From the NCBI GenBank assembly GCA_030265395.1, contig JARFYF010000002.1:36991502-37055501 (forward strand): 64,000 bases of DNA, read 5' to 3'. Below, piece after piece: positions 40,621 through 51,985 of the stretch (its first letter is position 1; the number at the start of each line of letters is the position of its first letter). The notes under the pieces were generated by a model. It did not search any database and was not told the DNA's origin. It worked only from the letters and a program-made list of their open reading frames with translations. The DNA comes from Rhina ancylostomus (Eukaryota). The translations under genes and the position numbers were made by a program.

Positions 40621-40844
40621 AAAATTGCTTTAAAACTGGATCCTTCTGCATTAATGTTGCCATCTCAACTGCTGTTACATGAAGATAACCCTCTGCTTCC
40701 TGTAGGATATATATTGCATTCCCATTATTTACAAGAGTGTCTTTGAGCACCAATCTTGGTACTATATCTGAATGCACAAGATACTGCATTTACTGTGGCC
40801 CTTCTGCTTGGATGCACAACTACCTACCATATTACCTACCGAAC

Positions 40845-41203
40845 ATTGAAAAGCCTGGAGAGAGTGGATGTAGGGAAGATATTTCCAGTCGTGTGAGAGT
40901 CCAGGACCAGAGGGCACAGCCTCAGAATAAAAGAATATCCCTTTAGAGCAGAGAAGAGGAGGAATTTCTTTCACCAGTGGGTGGAGAATCTGTGGAATTC
41001 ATTGCCACAGACGGCTGTGGAGGCCAAGTCATTGGGTATATTTAAAGCAGAGGTTAATAGGTTCTTGATTGGTAAGGGAGTTGAAGGTTATGGGGAGAAA
41101 GCAGGAGAATGGGGTTGAGAGGGAAAATAAATCAGTCATGATTGAATGTTAGAACAGACTTGATGGGCTGAATGGCCTAATTCTGCTACTTTCTCTTATG
41201 GTC
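40845..41203 (+). mobile_element. CR1 3' fragment
   Basis: 'gaccagagggcacagcctcagaata...gaatctgtggaattcattgccacag...gggctgaatggcctaattctgct'. Confidence 0.88.
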
Positions 41204-42042
41204 ACAACAGGGGAAGGAGGAAGAGAGAAAGTAAATTTTTAAGGTGACAATGGGAGCAATGCCAGAACAAGTATTTTAATTTTCTCATTGAAATATCTAC
41301 AGTGGTCTCTTTAAGAGAATCATTATGGAATAAAAGGAAGCCAGTGAATCAGGCCTATTCAGTCTCTTTGCCCTGCTCTTTCCCCATTTCCCTACAAATT
41401 ACTTCCCCTCTACTGCTGTTCGAATTCCCTTTTGAAAGCCGTGGTTAACTGTTGTTTCCATTACCCCTACGGGCACTGAGTTCCAGATACTAACAGGATT
41501 TTAATTAGAAACACTATTAGCAATTGGTAATACAATTATTTATTTTACATTGACATATGATATGTGAGGATCTCAGCCCATTTGTCATTAATCAATGTTC
41601 TCGTCTGCTGGTAGGAAAACTAGGATTCAGAAATCAGGGGTTATTTTGCTGTACTGGTAAGTCCTAAAGCAACCACTCTCAATGGACACGACTGCTGCAA
41701 GTAGTCAAGCTGTGAATGGGCTGACATCGTATGCCAGGAGTAGTGAAATGACTAAAGGAGCTGGAATCCCATTTCTCCACTAACATATTGTGGCAGCGGA
41801 TGTGCTCATCACATTTGAGTGATTGGGGACGTCTCCAAAGAAGATAGAAAACCTGCAGAATGTGATGATATCTGCTTTACTGTTGCAATGGAGAAGAAAC
41901 CAAGTTTCTCTTCAATGGCAAACTCCATGCTGGTGACTGAACTAAGGACTTGAACACTGGAGCAAAACATATTCACCCTATCATAAAGGCTTTCTTCCTC
42001 AGTGGAGGCCACAACATTTGCTCATTACGTATGTGCACTTTA

Positions 42043-42298
42043 GGGTAGCACAGTAGTGTAGCGGTTAGTGTAACGCTATTTCAGCACCAGCGATCAGGGT
42101 TCAATTCCTGCCGCTGTCTGTAAGGAGTTTGTATGTTCTCCCTGAGTCTGCTTGGGTTTCCTCTGGGTGCTCCGGTTCACTCGCACATTTCAAAGACATG
42201 TGGGTAGGTTAACATGGGTTTAAATGGGGGGTGCGGACTCGTTGGGCCAGAAGAGCCTGTTACTGCGCTGTATAAATCAAGTTTTTAAACGTTTAAAA
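42043..42298 (+). mobile_element. tRNA-derived V-SINE (HE1-like)
   Basis: A box TAGTGTAGCGG (42054-42064), B box GGTTCAATTCC (42098-42108), V-domain 'ggagtttgtatgttctccc..gggtttcctctgggtgctccggtt' and a CR1-like tail. Confidence 0.88.
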
Positions 42299-42395
42299 CA
42301 CCACTGAAGCCTTTTCCGAGATTAGATGTGTCATGATAAAATGTAATAAAATGAAACCAGCTAAAAACTACTACTCTTTTTCTGTTTTAATCAAG

Positions 42396-43317
42396 TCATT
42401 GGAGGACTTTCTAACGCTCAGTTAAGCACGTCCAGAGCAATACATAACGGAAAGCAAAATGCTGACAGTAGTTCAACCACAGCGCCCAGTGCACCAAACA
42501 GCAGAGAGTCCAGAAGATTGACCAACACAGTGAACATGGAATCCAACAGAGTGCACAGCAATCAAAGCATGGGGTACAGTACAAAAAAAAGCACATCTAG
42601 CACAGCATCCAGCACAGCAAACACAGAATTCAGAACAGCAACCAGCATATCAAGTGCAGTAACCTGTGTAATGGTATGTGCCACAGAGCCCAACACAATG
42701 CCCAGCACTCCAACGACACAGTACAGCACAACGATGACAATAACCACAGAGTGCATCATACCAGCAACAACAACTACAGAAACCAGCACATTGACAACAG
42801 ACTCCATTTCTCCAAGCACCTTGACTACAGAGTTCACCACATCAGCTGTCACATCAACTACAGAGCTCAGCACACCCACCACATCAAACACAGTGGACAG
42901 CACACCGACAAGCACATCGACCATGGAGACCAGTACATCGACCACAGTTTCCAGCACACCCACCAGCACATTGACTACAGCATCCATTACTCCAACCACC
43001 CTGCGAACATCAACAACAGTGACTAGCACACCCACCAGCACATCACCCACAGAAACCAGCACATTCATCAGCACATGGACAACTGTGTCCAGCACACCCA
43101 CTAGCACATGGACCACAGTGTCCAGCACACCGACCACAGAGACAAGGGCGTCAACCAGCACATCGATCACAGTGTCCAGCACACCCACCAGCGCAATGAC
43201 CACAGAAACCAGCACATGGACCACAAAAACCAGCACATCGATGACAGAGTCCATTAATCCCACCCTGCCGACATCGACCACAGTGACCAGCACACCGACC
43301 AGCACGTCAACCACAGT
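42396..43317 (+). repeat. Thr/Ser-rich codon-phased repeat, candidate mucin-like exon (3' end hidden in a gap)
   Basis: Units such as ACC AGC ACA / TCG ACC ACA / GTG keep the frame open from 42365 to the gap at 43318. Preceded by CTACTCTTTTTCTGTTTTAATCAAG. The repeat is certain, exon status is not. Confidence 0.6.
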
Positions 43318-43417
43318 NNNNNNNNNNNNNNNNNNNNNNNNNNNNNNNNNNNNNNNNNNNNNNNNNNNNNNNNNNNNNNNNNNNNNNNNNNNNNNNNNNN
43401 NNNNNNNNNNNNNNNNN

Positions 43418-43606
43418 TCAGGGTTCAATTCCTGCCGCTGTCTGTAAGGAGTTTGTTTGTTCTCCCCGTGACTCTGTGGGTTTCCTCTGGGTGCTCTGGT
43501 TTCCTCCCATGTTCCAAAGATGTACAGGTTAGTAGGTTAACATGGGTGTAATTGGGCTAGAAGGGCCTGTTACCGTGTTGTATAAATAAAGTTTAAAGTT
43601 TAAAAA
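43418..43606 (+). mobile_element. V-SINE (HE1-like), 5' end in gap
   Basis: B box gggttcaattcc, V-domain and tail close to 42043-42298. Confidence 0.88.
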
Positions 43607-44899
43607 ATGTCAAACATGTGTAGCATTTTGAAGGCTGCCAGTGCATCAGCCATAGCGACCTTGTGCATGGGCAGGACTGGTACACCGCAGCAGCCATTTC
43701 AAACTGCGTTGAGTTCTTGAAAATCATGTAGCACATAAAGGAAAGAATGCACTATGAAAATGAATTTCTAGATGAAGTGCTGTGCTGTACATGGGAAAAC
43801 AAGCTCATTGTTTGGATCATCGTATATATTGGTGTAAATATAGCACGTGGTATTGTTTCTGATAAATTGTTCCAGACAGCAATGTTAGTTGGGAGTTGTT
43901 AACTTCAAAAAAGCACGTCCTATGGATAACACTGCCTCTTGGTTGCATATGCAGGTAATGGCACAAAAAACCTGGAGCCATTGCAGCAGTATTATTGCCA
44001 TCAGAGTTTTAGCTAAGCCATTTTGTTTTTTTGTAACAGTTAAAATCATGATATTTCAAAAGTGTTTCCAAGTTGTGATATTATGAAAACTTTGTATCAG
44101 GAGATAAGAGTCAAAAGTCTTCAGAAAACATTTTGTTAAATAGTTATATCATGAGAATAATGAGTTTGAATTGCTTGTATTGGTTAGCTGCAATTTCTGG
44201 GCTTTCCCTTGATTGAAAGGTCCACATTTGGAATGCAATCTATATCCGAAGGTGGCTGACTTGCATCAGTCAGTACAAAGCAGCAATTTCAGTTCTATTA
44301 TCCACTAGTTAGAGAGGTTGTCTAGAATGGTAAAAAAACAAATTAGGAACACTGAATTGCAAACACTTTAAGGAGAGGAAATAATACATCCTGACAAAAA
44401 GAACATTGCGAGTTCAGTACTTCTTGAAAAAGTTGCTTGCTTTATGGAACGGATTGGGATTGGATTATGGAGTAAAGGTAATGAAACACAGTTTTGCGCT
44501 AGGCATAATAATTCAATAAAACTTCAATACATCTTGAATCAAGCTTAATAAGGAACTGTCACCACAATGAAACTTTGTGCACACAAAAATAAAAACTATC
44601 TTGAAAAAGGAATTTGGAAAGTTCGTTTTAAGAAGCTCAGATACTTTCATAGTCTTAAGATTCTTCACAGTCTCTAATTTTTACACATGCTACACTGAAG
44701 TTCAGGTGCTATATTTCATTGCTGTTTACATTTAAATTTCATCATTTTTTTTACATCTTACTGACACCAATTTTCTGCTATCTAAAGGATTTTATTCCAA
44801 ATTTTAGTCTTCAGACTTAGAGTTCAGGATTGTCCTTTTAGAATTTAACTGAAAATAACTTGGGGACTTGACTTGCAGGAGTGTTATAAAATAAATGAC

Positions 44900-45360
44900 C
44901 TTTATTTTAGGAGGATGATCAAGATCTGGGAGAGGGTGTAGAAAAGATGTATACCACAGGATAAGAGACTTGGGTTATGAATGGAGGAACTAGAATTGCT
45001 CTCTTTGGAACAGGGAAGGTTAAAGGGAGATTCAGTTGAGATGTTCAAAGGCATTTTTGTTGCAACTTGTACAAATAAGTTGTATCCAGTATCTGAAAGG
45101 TCACTCACCAGAGAAGATAAATTTAAAGTGATTGACAAATGACTTGGGCAACTTTAGAAATGCATGTTTCTTTATGCTGCAATTTATTGTCACCTACGAA
45201 GCACTGCAAGGTGGTTGAAGCAGGCTGAATAACAATTTTCATAAGGGAATAAGTGCAATATGGGGGGAAAATATGGAGCAATGGGGAAAGAGCAACAGAG
45301 CTCTATAAAACACTGGCATTGGCAGGATGGGCTCAGTGGCCTCTTCTGGGACGTATTATT
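44900..45360 (+). mobile_element. Old CR1 3' fragment
   Basis: 'ctgggagagggtgtagaaaagatgtatacca...ctctttggaacagggaaggttaaagggaga...gatgggctcagtggcct'. Confidence 0.65.
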
Positions 45361-45565
45361 TGGATTTTGTTCTTTGGCAAGTATACATTTTTGAAGCAAA
45401 TGCTAAGTTATTATCAAAAATGCTGCTAAACCTGAATTATTTTCTTGGGTAAAGGGAAAAGGGTGACCTCCAATGTTTGACGGTGTTTCACTATATGACT
45501 TTAAACTGCTCTGCATCAAGAGTTTAAGAAGTATCTTGGAAAGCTTTAGACAAAATGGAACAAGG

Positions 45566-46348
45566 GGAACATCTGAAAATCGTAACTATTTAATTGAGCT
45601 GCACTGCTTCTGTTCTTGGATAAATTATCTCCCTCTGCTCTCCAGGTGGCCTTAGTAGTGCAGATCCAGGAAGTGGAACATAATGAGGTTCCTCTTTTTG
45701 ATCTGGAGCTCTGATGTGAGTGGCATTCGGTGATGTTTTCTGCGAGGTTCACAATATATTGGTTCTTGAGCCCAAGTGTGATGTCCCTGCAGTCAAGTAA
45801 TTCACCAACTCTAATATCAGCTCAACTTCTACTTAAGTTATCTATCAAATGGAATCATACTTTGGCACTTGCAAGAAGAGGAAAAACAGGGGAAGAAGCT
45901 GTTCCTGAAACATTGAGTGTGGGTCTTCAGGCTCCTGTACCTCCTCCCCCATGGCAGTAATGAGAAGAGGGCATGTCCTGGAAGGTGAGGGTCCTTAATG
46001 ATGGATGCTGCCTTCTTGAGGCGGAACATCTGAAAATCGTAAATATTTAATTGAGCTGTACTGCTTCTGTTCTTGGACAAATTATCTCCCTCTGATGCTC
46101 TCCAGGTGGCCTTAGTAGCGCAGATCCAGGAAGTGGAACATAATGAGGTTCCTCTTTTGGATCTGGAGCTCTGATGTGATTGGCATTCAGTGATGTTTTC
46201 TGCGAGGTTCACAATATATTGGTTCCTGACCCCAAGTGTGATGTCCCTGCAGTCAAGTAATTTACCAACTCTAATGTCAATTCAACTTCTACTTAAGTTA
46301 TCTATCAAATGGAATCATACTTTAGCACTTGCAAGAGGGGGAAAAACA
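45566..46348 (+). repeat. Direct duplication, 45566-45888 and 46023-46348, about 95% identical
   Basis: Manual alignment gives about 16 substitutions and one 3-nt indel. Confidence 0.95.
45889..46022 (-). mobile_element. Rex/Babar-like LINE fragment between the duplicates
   Basis: The minus strand encodes LKKAASIIKDPHLPGHALFSLLPWGRRYRSLKTHTQCFRNSFFP, same family as 19450-19801. Confidence 0.8.
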
Positions 46349-46969
46349 AATGGGAAAAGTCATAAATCCAGTATAACTCAATTTTTTTTAAACATCAGCA
46401 GTATTTTATTTTTACATTGAAATCATATGTTGAAATATAATTTGACATCTATTAAAATGAAGTCTTGAATTTTTTAAGAGCATAAAATACATTTAATTAT
46501 CGTGTGGTACTAATAATATTATCACAGAATGAGCTTGCTGTGGAAAAAATATGTGGCAATTCCTGTTTAATATTGGAAGAATGGGCCACATATCTGGCTT
46601 AGTGACAGTAACTGAACTACTGATCACGTTTGATATTGGTCACTGGTAATCCCACTATATTAGTGAGTGAATGATATACATTGATAAAGATGGGGAGATC
46701 ATTTTGTGGGTTAAGGTTTTCTGAGATACTACATCATGCATATACCCACTTCATGAGAATAATAGTCTGTCCTTTTGAAAGAAACACCCCAAATGTTTAC
46801 TGCATTATTACTTGCATTTGCCCCTCTCGCTAACATCCCACTGCACACTCGGACAATTCTTTCAATTAGTGTAGATTTCATAAAACAGTATTGAAGCACA
46901 AAAGGTGGTTGTTTCACCCACTCAATCCACCACATTTCTATTCTCCATCAGTTCCATTCTCCCACTCCA

Positions 46970-47430
46970 TCCCTATAGCCCACAAATTATTTTCCCTCAT
47001 CTATTAATTCCTTTTCAAAAGCCTTGATTGACTTTTTTCACCATGAGAAGCAATGAGTTTCAAATCATTGTTCTTGTAGTGCTTTTAAAACAAAATCTAC
47101 TCACACCCCTCTTGTCTCACTTCAGTTTAAATCTGTGTCCCCAGACATTGAATTATATGACTAAAAGGAGCAGTTTCTCTCTATTTGCCATATGTAAGCT
47201 CATTATAATCTTTTACACCTCTATCAAATCTTCTGCAAGCCTTTACTCCAAGAAGAACAGCTCCAGCTTCTCTCGTCTAACTTTGTAGCTGATACCCCTT
47301 ATCCCTGCAATCATTCCAGTAAATCTACTCTCTAGAACCTTCATATTCTTTCAGAAGTGCAGTTGTCAGAATTGGAAGCAACAGGCTGGTTGTAGCCCAG
47401 TCAATGTTTACAAAGGTTCAACATAACCTC
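46970..47430 (-). mobile_element. Old CR1 3' fragment
   Basis: 'ttttacacctctatcaaatc...ccaagaagaacagctccagcttctc...cagaattggaagcaaca'. Confidence 0.65.
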
Positions 47431-49734
47431 TAAGTCATGTGTGCCGAATACCCTTTCTCAATTGCAGCTCTTGACTCAATAAACCACCTGCCAACACCAG
47501 TCACCTCTCCTGACTGCAGTAACTCTAGTGATTGAGGAGGTCTTACTTTAACTCCGCTAGCCATAAACAATTGTGATTGCAGTTCCCCTTTGACCTAAGA
47601 CTCAAGTTTCACACTACTCCCTACCTACAGAGTTCAGCATATTTCCCTCCTTCTGTAGCTGTTTGATACAATTTCTGAATTACATTTTCAGGTGGTCAAA
47701 TACAGTTGGAGTTACACATTTTACTTCAATAAAGGTAAAAGTGGGAAGTCAGTTTCAATTGCAATGGGGCTCATTCTAGGTGGGGAATGAAAATTTAAAA
47801 AAAATCCCAGTTTCTGCACTCTGTTCATATCTACAGCTTTCATGTAGCAGTTTTGATTATTTGCAGATCTTTCTGAAGGTTTTCTTCGAACAGCTACTGA
47901 CTCAAAAGTTTTTGACTACTTAAAATCTATTTTACAATGGTATTCTGAATATTAGTGTTCTGGATGGTCAAAAACCATGTGGGTGACAATCGTGTCTTCC
48001 TCTGTTCCCTCGGCTTGTTCATTTCACACAGCCTTGGTTCAGTCAGAGCATACTGAGGTGATAAACTTCTTGGACTGCAAACTGTGTCCTGTACAGCTGA
48101 CCAGCCCCATTAAGGTAGGTGGTTAGTCACTCTTCCTACTGGTATTGCTATAGTGTTTGACCGGACCTCTGTTTGCATTTTGTTAGAACTTAACAGAAAA
48201 TAAAACTATGGTAAATAGGAACCGAGGGTTTGCTGCATGTTGTTACACGAGGAATTGACTGGCTCCACTTNNNNNNNNNNNNNNNNNNNNNNNNNNNNNN
48301 NNNNNNNNNNNNNNNNNNNNNNNNNNNNNNNNNNNNNNNNNNNNNNNNNNNNNNNNNNNNNNNNNNNNNNCACTTCGAAATCTGCAGTGTGACTGGTCTA
48401 TAAGTAGGAATCCAGGATTTTTTGTAGAGCTGAGTTCCATTCAATCAGAAAAATAGTCACTTCAAGCAAAACAAAAAAAGGATAATTTTACTCAAATGCT
48501 GAGCTGTTTGAGCAAAAAGGATATTGTCTCTTTAATCTGTAAGCATTATTCACTGGGGAGACACAATCATATTGATTTATCACTCCTGTTTTGATGGACA
48601 CATTTTCAATAATATAGCACTAAATGGTGTCGAATGATTCAGTAATCTAGAACCCCCTGGCTGACTGCTTCTGCTCCTGCTCACCTCTTTCCTAAGCGAA
48701 GTTGTGGACTGCTTTTGCACAAACATTTATTTTAGTAGTTTTACATTACCTCATCCTTTCTCTCTGCTTTTAAAGTGTGTTTCAGTGAAGTAATTTGATG
48801 AGCACTGTCCAGCATAATTCAATTCAACAGCTGCAGAAACTGCCATGCTCTCACAAGGGAAAGTCCTGCCTGTGTTAACCTGTAGCTTTTTTTTAAACGG
48901 TTTTTGATTTATCTGTCACCTGATCCATCAGCAATGAATAATTTTCATGGAGGGTGCACTTTAATTACTTTCCCATTTAACTTGCATTATCATTCCCTAT
49001 CTTGGTAATTAATCTCCCCTCGTATCCAATTTCGGCCTTTATTGCTGGCAGACGGGCCCCCTGAATCGTGTGTGCTCGAGCAGGCGCTTGAGTGTTATTT
49101 AACGGAGAGGTTTTCAAACAAGTTTTCACTTCATTAAAGTGCTCAAATCAGCGTATCTCCAGTTTGTTGGGGTGACAACTCTCTGGCATCTCCTAAAGTA
49201 CACATATGACTGGCACTGTGTGGCTACTTTTGAGCATCTTAGCTACCATTCAGAGTTCCTTTCAGAAGGTAATGGTGTTTACTGTTATCACTAATGTTCT
49301 CTCACAACATTGACAGGCAATCAATCTGTTTTCCAGCTCTTAATGTTTAATGAATTTGACTCCATGTGCTCTAATTATGCAGTTTGTTATTATTTAAATT
49401 CAGACTTTAACTCACATAAACATTTTTCAGTGATATTTTTAAACCTGTTGGTATATTGTATGCATATTTAGAATAATTTCCTTCCAAACTAGCCAGCTGC
49501 TATTGTTTTGTTGATGCATTGTAGAGATGAGAGTTAAATGGCCAGATTAAGGAAATTGGTTCCATTCAGTTTGATTTGGTTTGAAAGAATACCCACCTAA
49601 TTAAATCCTAATCTGAAGGGTGTTCATCATGCATAGTTCAAGGCATATCCTAATAATGAGATATCAGTGTTCAAATGAAGGCATTCACCAATTCAGCAGG
49701 GTTGGTGAAGTGTCCCAGTTGAGTGTCACCTGCA

Positions 49735-51626
49735 TATACCTGAACTTCAATTTCTCTTGTGTCCTCGTGTCTCAACTCCACTTTGCCCCCCATGGTTCAG
49801 TCCCTTCCCACCTATATCCATGGCACTTCGTATGCCCTCCCCCACTTCAATAACTTCCGGTTCCCCGACCCTGACTGCTTCATTTTCATCATGGGCATCC
49901 AGTTCCATCCCCTACCAGGAAGGCTTCAAGTCTGTCCGCTTCTTTCTTGATAGCAGATCCAACCAGTTCCCCTCCACCACCAACCTTCTCCATCTGGCAG
50001 AACTGATACTCGCCCTCAACAACTCTTTTGATTCCTCCCACTTTCCCCAGATCAAAGATGTAGCTATGGGCATTCACGTGGGCCCCAGCTATGCCTGTCT
50101 TTTTGTTGGCTACATGGAACAATTCATGTTTCAAACCTACAGCAGTAATACTCCCTGACTCTTTCTCCATTACATTGACAACTGCACTGGGGCTGTTTCC
50201 TGCACCCATGCGGAGCTCATCAATTTCATCAACTTCGCCACCAACTTCCACCCAGCCCTCAAATTCACTTGGTCCATCTTCAACACTTCTCTCTCCTTTC
50301 TTGGTCTCTCTGTCTCCATCTCTGGAGACCAGATTATCTACCAACATCTTTTACAAACTCACTGACTCCTGCTGTTACCCTGACTACACCTCTTAACACC
50401 CTGTCACTCGCAAGGATACTATTCCCTTCTCTCCGTTCCTCCATCTACCCTGCATCTGTTCTCATGATGAGGCTTTCCACTTCAGGATATCTGAGATGTC
50501 CTCTTTTTCTTCAGAAAACTGAGACCCCCCCCCCCCGCTATCAAGNNNNNNNNNNNNNNNNNNNNNNNNNNNNNNNNNNNNNNNNNNNNNNNNNNNNNNN
50601 NNNNNNNNNNNNNNNNNNNNNNNNNNNNNNNNNNNNNNNNNNNNNNNNNNNNNNNNNNNNNNNNNNNNNNNNNNNNNNNNNNNNNNNNNNNNNNNNNNNN
50701 NNNNNNNNNNNNNNNNNNNNNNNNNNNNNNNNNNNNNNNNNNNNNNNNNNNNNNNNNNNNNNNNNNNNNNNNNNNNNNNNNNNNNNNNNNNNNNNNNNNN
50801 NNNNNNNNNNNNNNNNNNNNNNNNNNNNNNNNNNNNNNNNNNNNNNNNNNNNNNNNNNNNNNNNNNNNNNNNNNNNNNNNNNNNNNNNNNNNNNNNNNNN
50901 NNNNNNNNNNNNNNNNNNNNNNNNNNNNNNNNNNNNNNNNNNNNNNNNNNNNNNNNNNNNNNNNNNNNNNNNNNNNNNNNNNNNNNNNNNNNNNNNNNNN
51001 NNNNNNNNNNNNNNNNNNNNNNNNNNNNNNNNNNNNNNNNNNNNNNNNNNNNNNNNNNNNNNNNNNNNNNNNNNNNNNNNNNNNNNNNNNNNNNNNNNNN
51101 NNNNNNNNNNNNNNNNNNNNNNNNNNNNNNNNNNNNNNNNNNNNNNNNNNNNNNNNNNNNNNNNNNNNNNNNNNNNNNNNNNNNNNNNNNNNNNNNNNNN
51201 NNNNNNNNNNNNNNNNNNNNNNNNNNNNNNNNNNNNNNNNNTCATCCCTCTGGCCCCTTTGCCCCTTCTCTTTCCCCTCCCTTGCCCTCACGACCTGTTC
51301 ATCACCCACACCTTCCTCCCTCTGGTTCCCCACCTCCTTCCCTTTATTCCATGGTCTACTGTCCTCTTTTATCAGATGACATCTTCTTCAGCCCTTTGCC
51401 TCTTCCACCTATCACCTCCCAGCTTCTCACACTATTCCCACTTCCCCCCCTTCCCCACCTGCATAGCATCCCCCTCTCATCTGGATTCACCTATCACTCG
51501 CCAGCTTCTGCCCTCTTTCTTTCCAGTCGTGATGAAGGATCTCGGCCCGAAACGTCGACTGTTCATTTCCCTCCGTGGATGTGCCTGACCTGCTGAGTTC
51601 TTCCAGCATTTTGTGCGTGTTGCTTC
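49735..51626 (+). mobile_element. Penelope-like element, RT pseudogene plus 3' terminus (gap 50546-51241)
   Basis: PMVQSLPTYI, SIPYQEG, LAELILALNNSFDSSHFPQIKDVAMGIHVGPSYACLFVGYMEQ, YIDN (for YIDD) and FYKLTDS are PLE RT motifs, broken by frameshifts. The terminus carries a hammerhead motif. Confidence 0.88.
51524..51561 (+). ncRNA. Minimal hammerhead motif with one core substitution
   Basis: CAGTC GTGATGA A GGAT-CTCG-GCCC GAAA CGTC GACTG. Perfect stem I and ACGU palindrome, C3 changed to G, one mismatch in stem II. Confidence 0.7.
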
Positions 51627-51714
51627 AGTTTCTCTTAACTGCTTCGTACTGTTGAAATATATGAAAAATTTAACTTGCATTTCTCTAGTACCTGTCATAA
51701 ACTCATGATGTCCC

Positions 51715-51985
51715 TGAGCACTTTGCACCCAAAGATGTACCTCTGAAATGCAGTCCCTATTATAATGCAAGAAATACATCAGTCAAAAAGGAGACTGCAA
51801 TGTCTGTATTCAACAAACAAATAATCTGCTTTAGAGTTGGTGATTTACCAGGACAATGGAAGAATTCTGATGTCCAACTCATACACAGATGGCTGCATAA
51901 AAACAAGGATTTGCTATATCCAGTGCCCACTTGCCAAAATGGCAGCACAACAAGTTGAATTCCACACTGGTCCTTTTGCCTGAAG
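51715..51985 (-). mobile_element. Degenerate DeuSINE-like remnant
   Basis: 'gcactttgcacccaaagatgtacctctgaaatgcagtccctattataatgcaagaaa...accaggacaatggaagaattc'. Confidence 0.45.

Noticed and set aside
41809-42012. 67-aa minus ORF, and a peptide at 43620-43735, as a DNA transposase remnant or nested gene
   Set aside because: No recognisable domain motif, terminal inverted repeats or convincing splice sites.
42043-42115. tRNA gene
   Set aside because: The A and B boxes run into a V-domain and LINE-like tail, so this is a SINE head.
42562-43428. Val-rich antisense ORF and His-rich alternative frame
   Set aside because: Expected shadows of a triplet-phased C/A-rich repeat, with no independent coding evidence.
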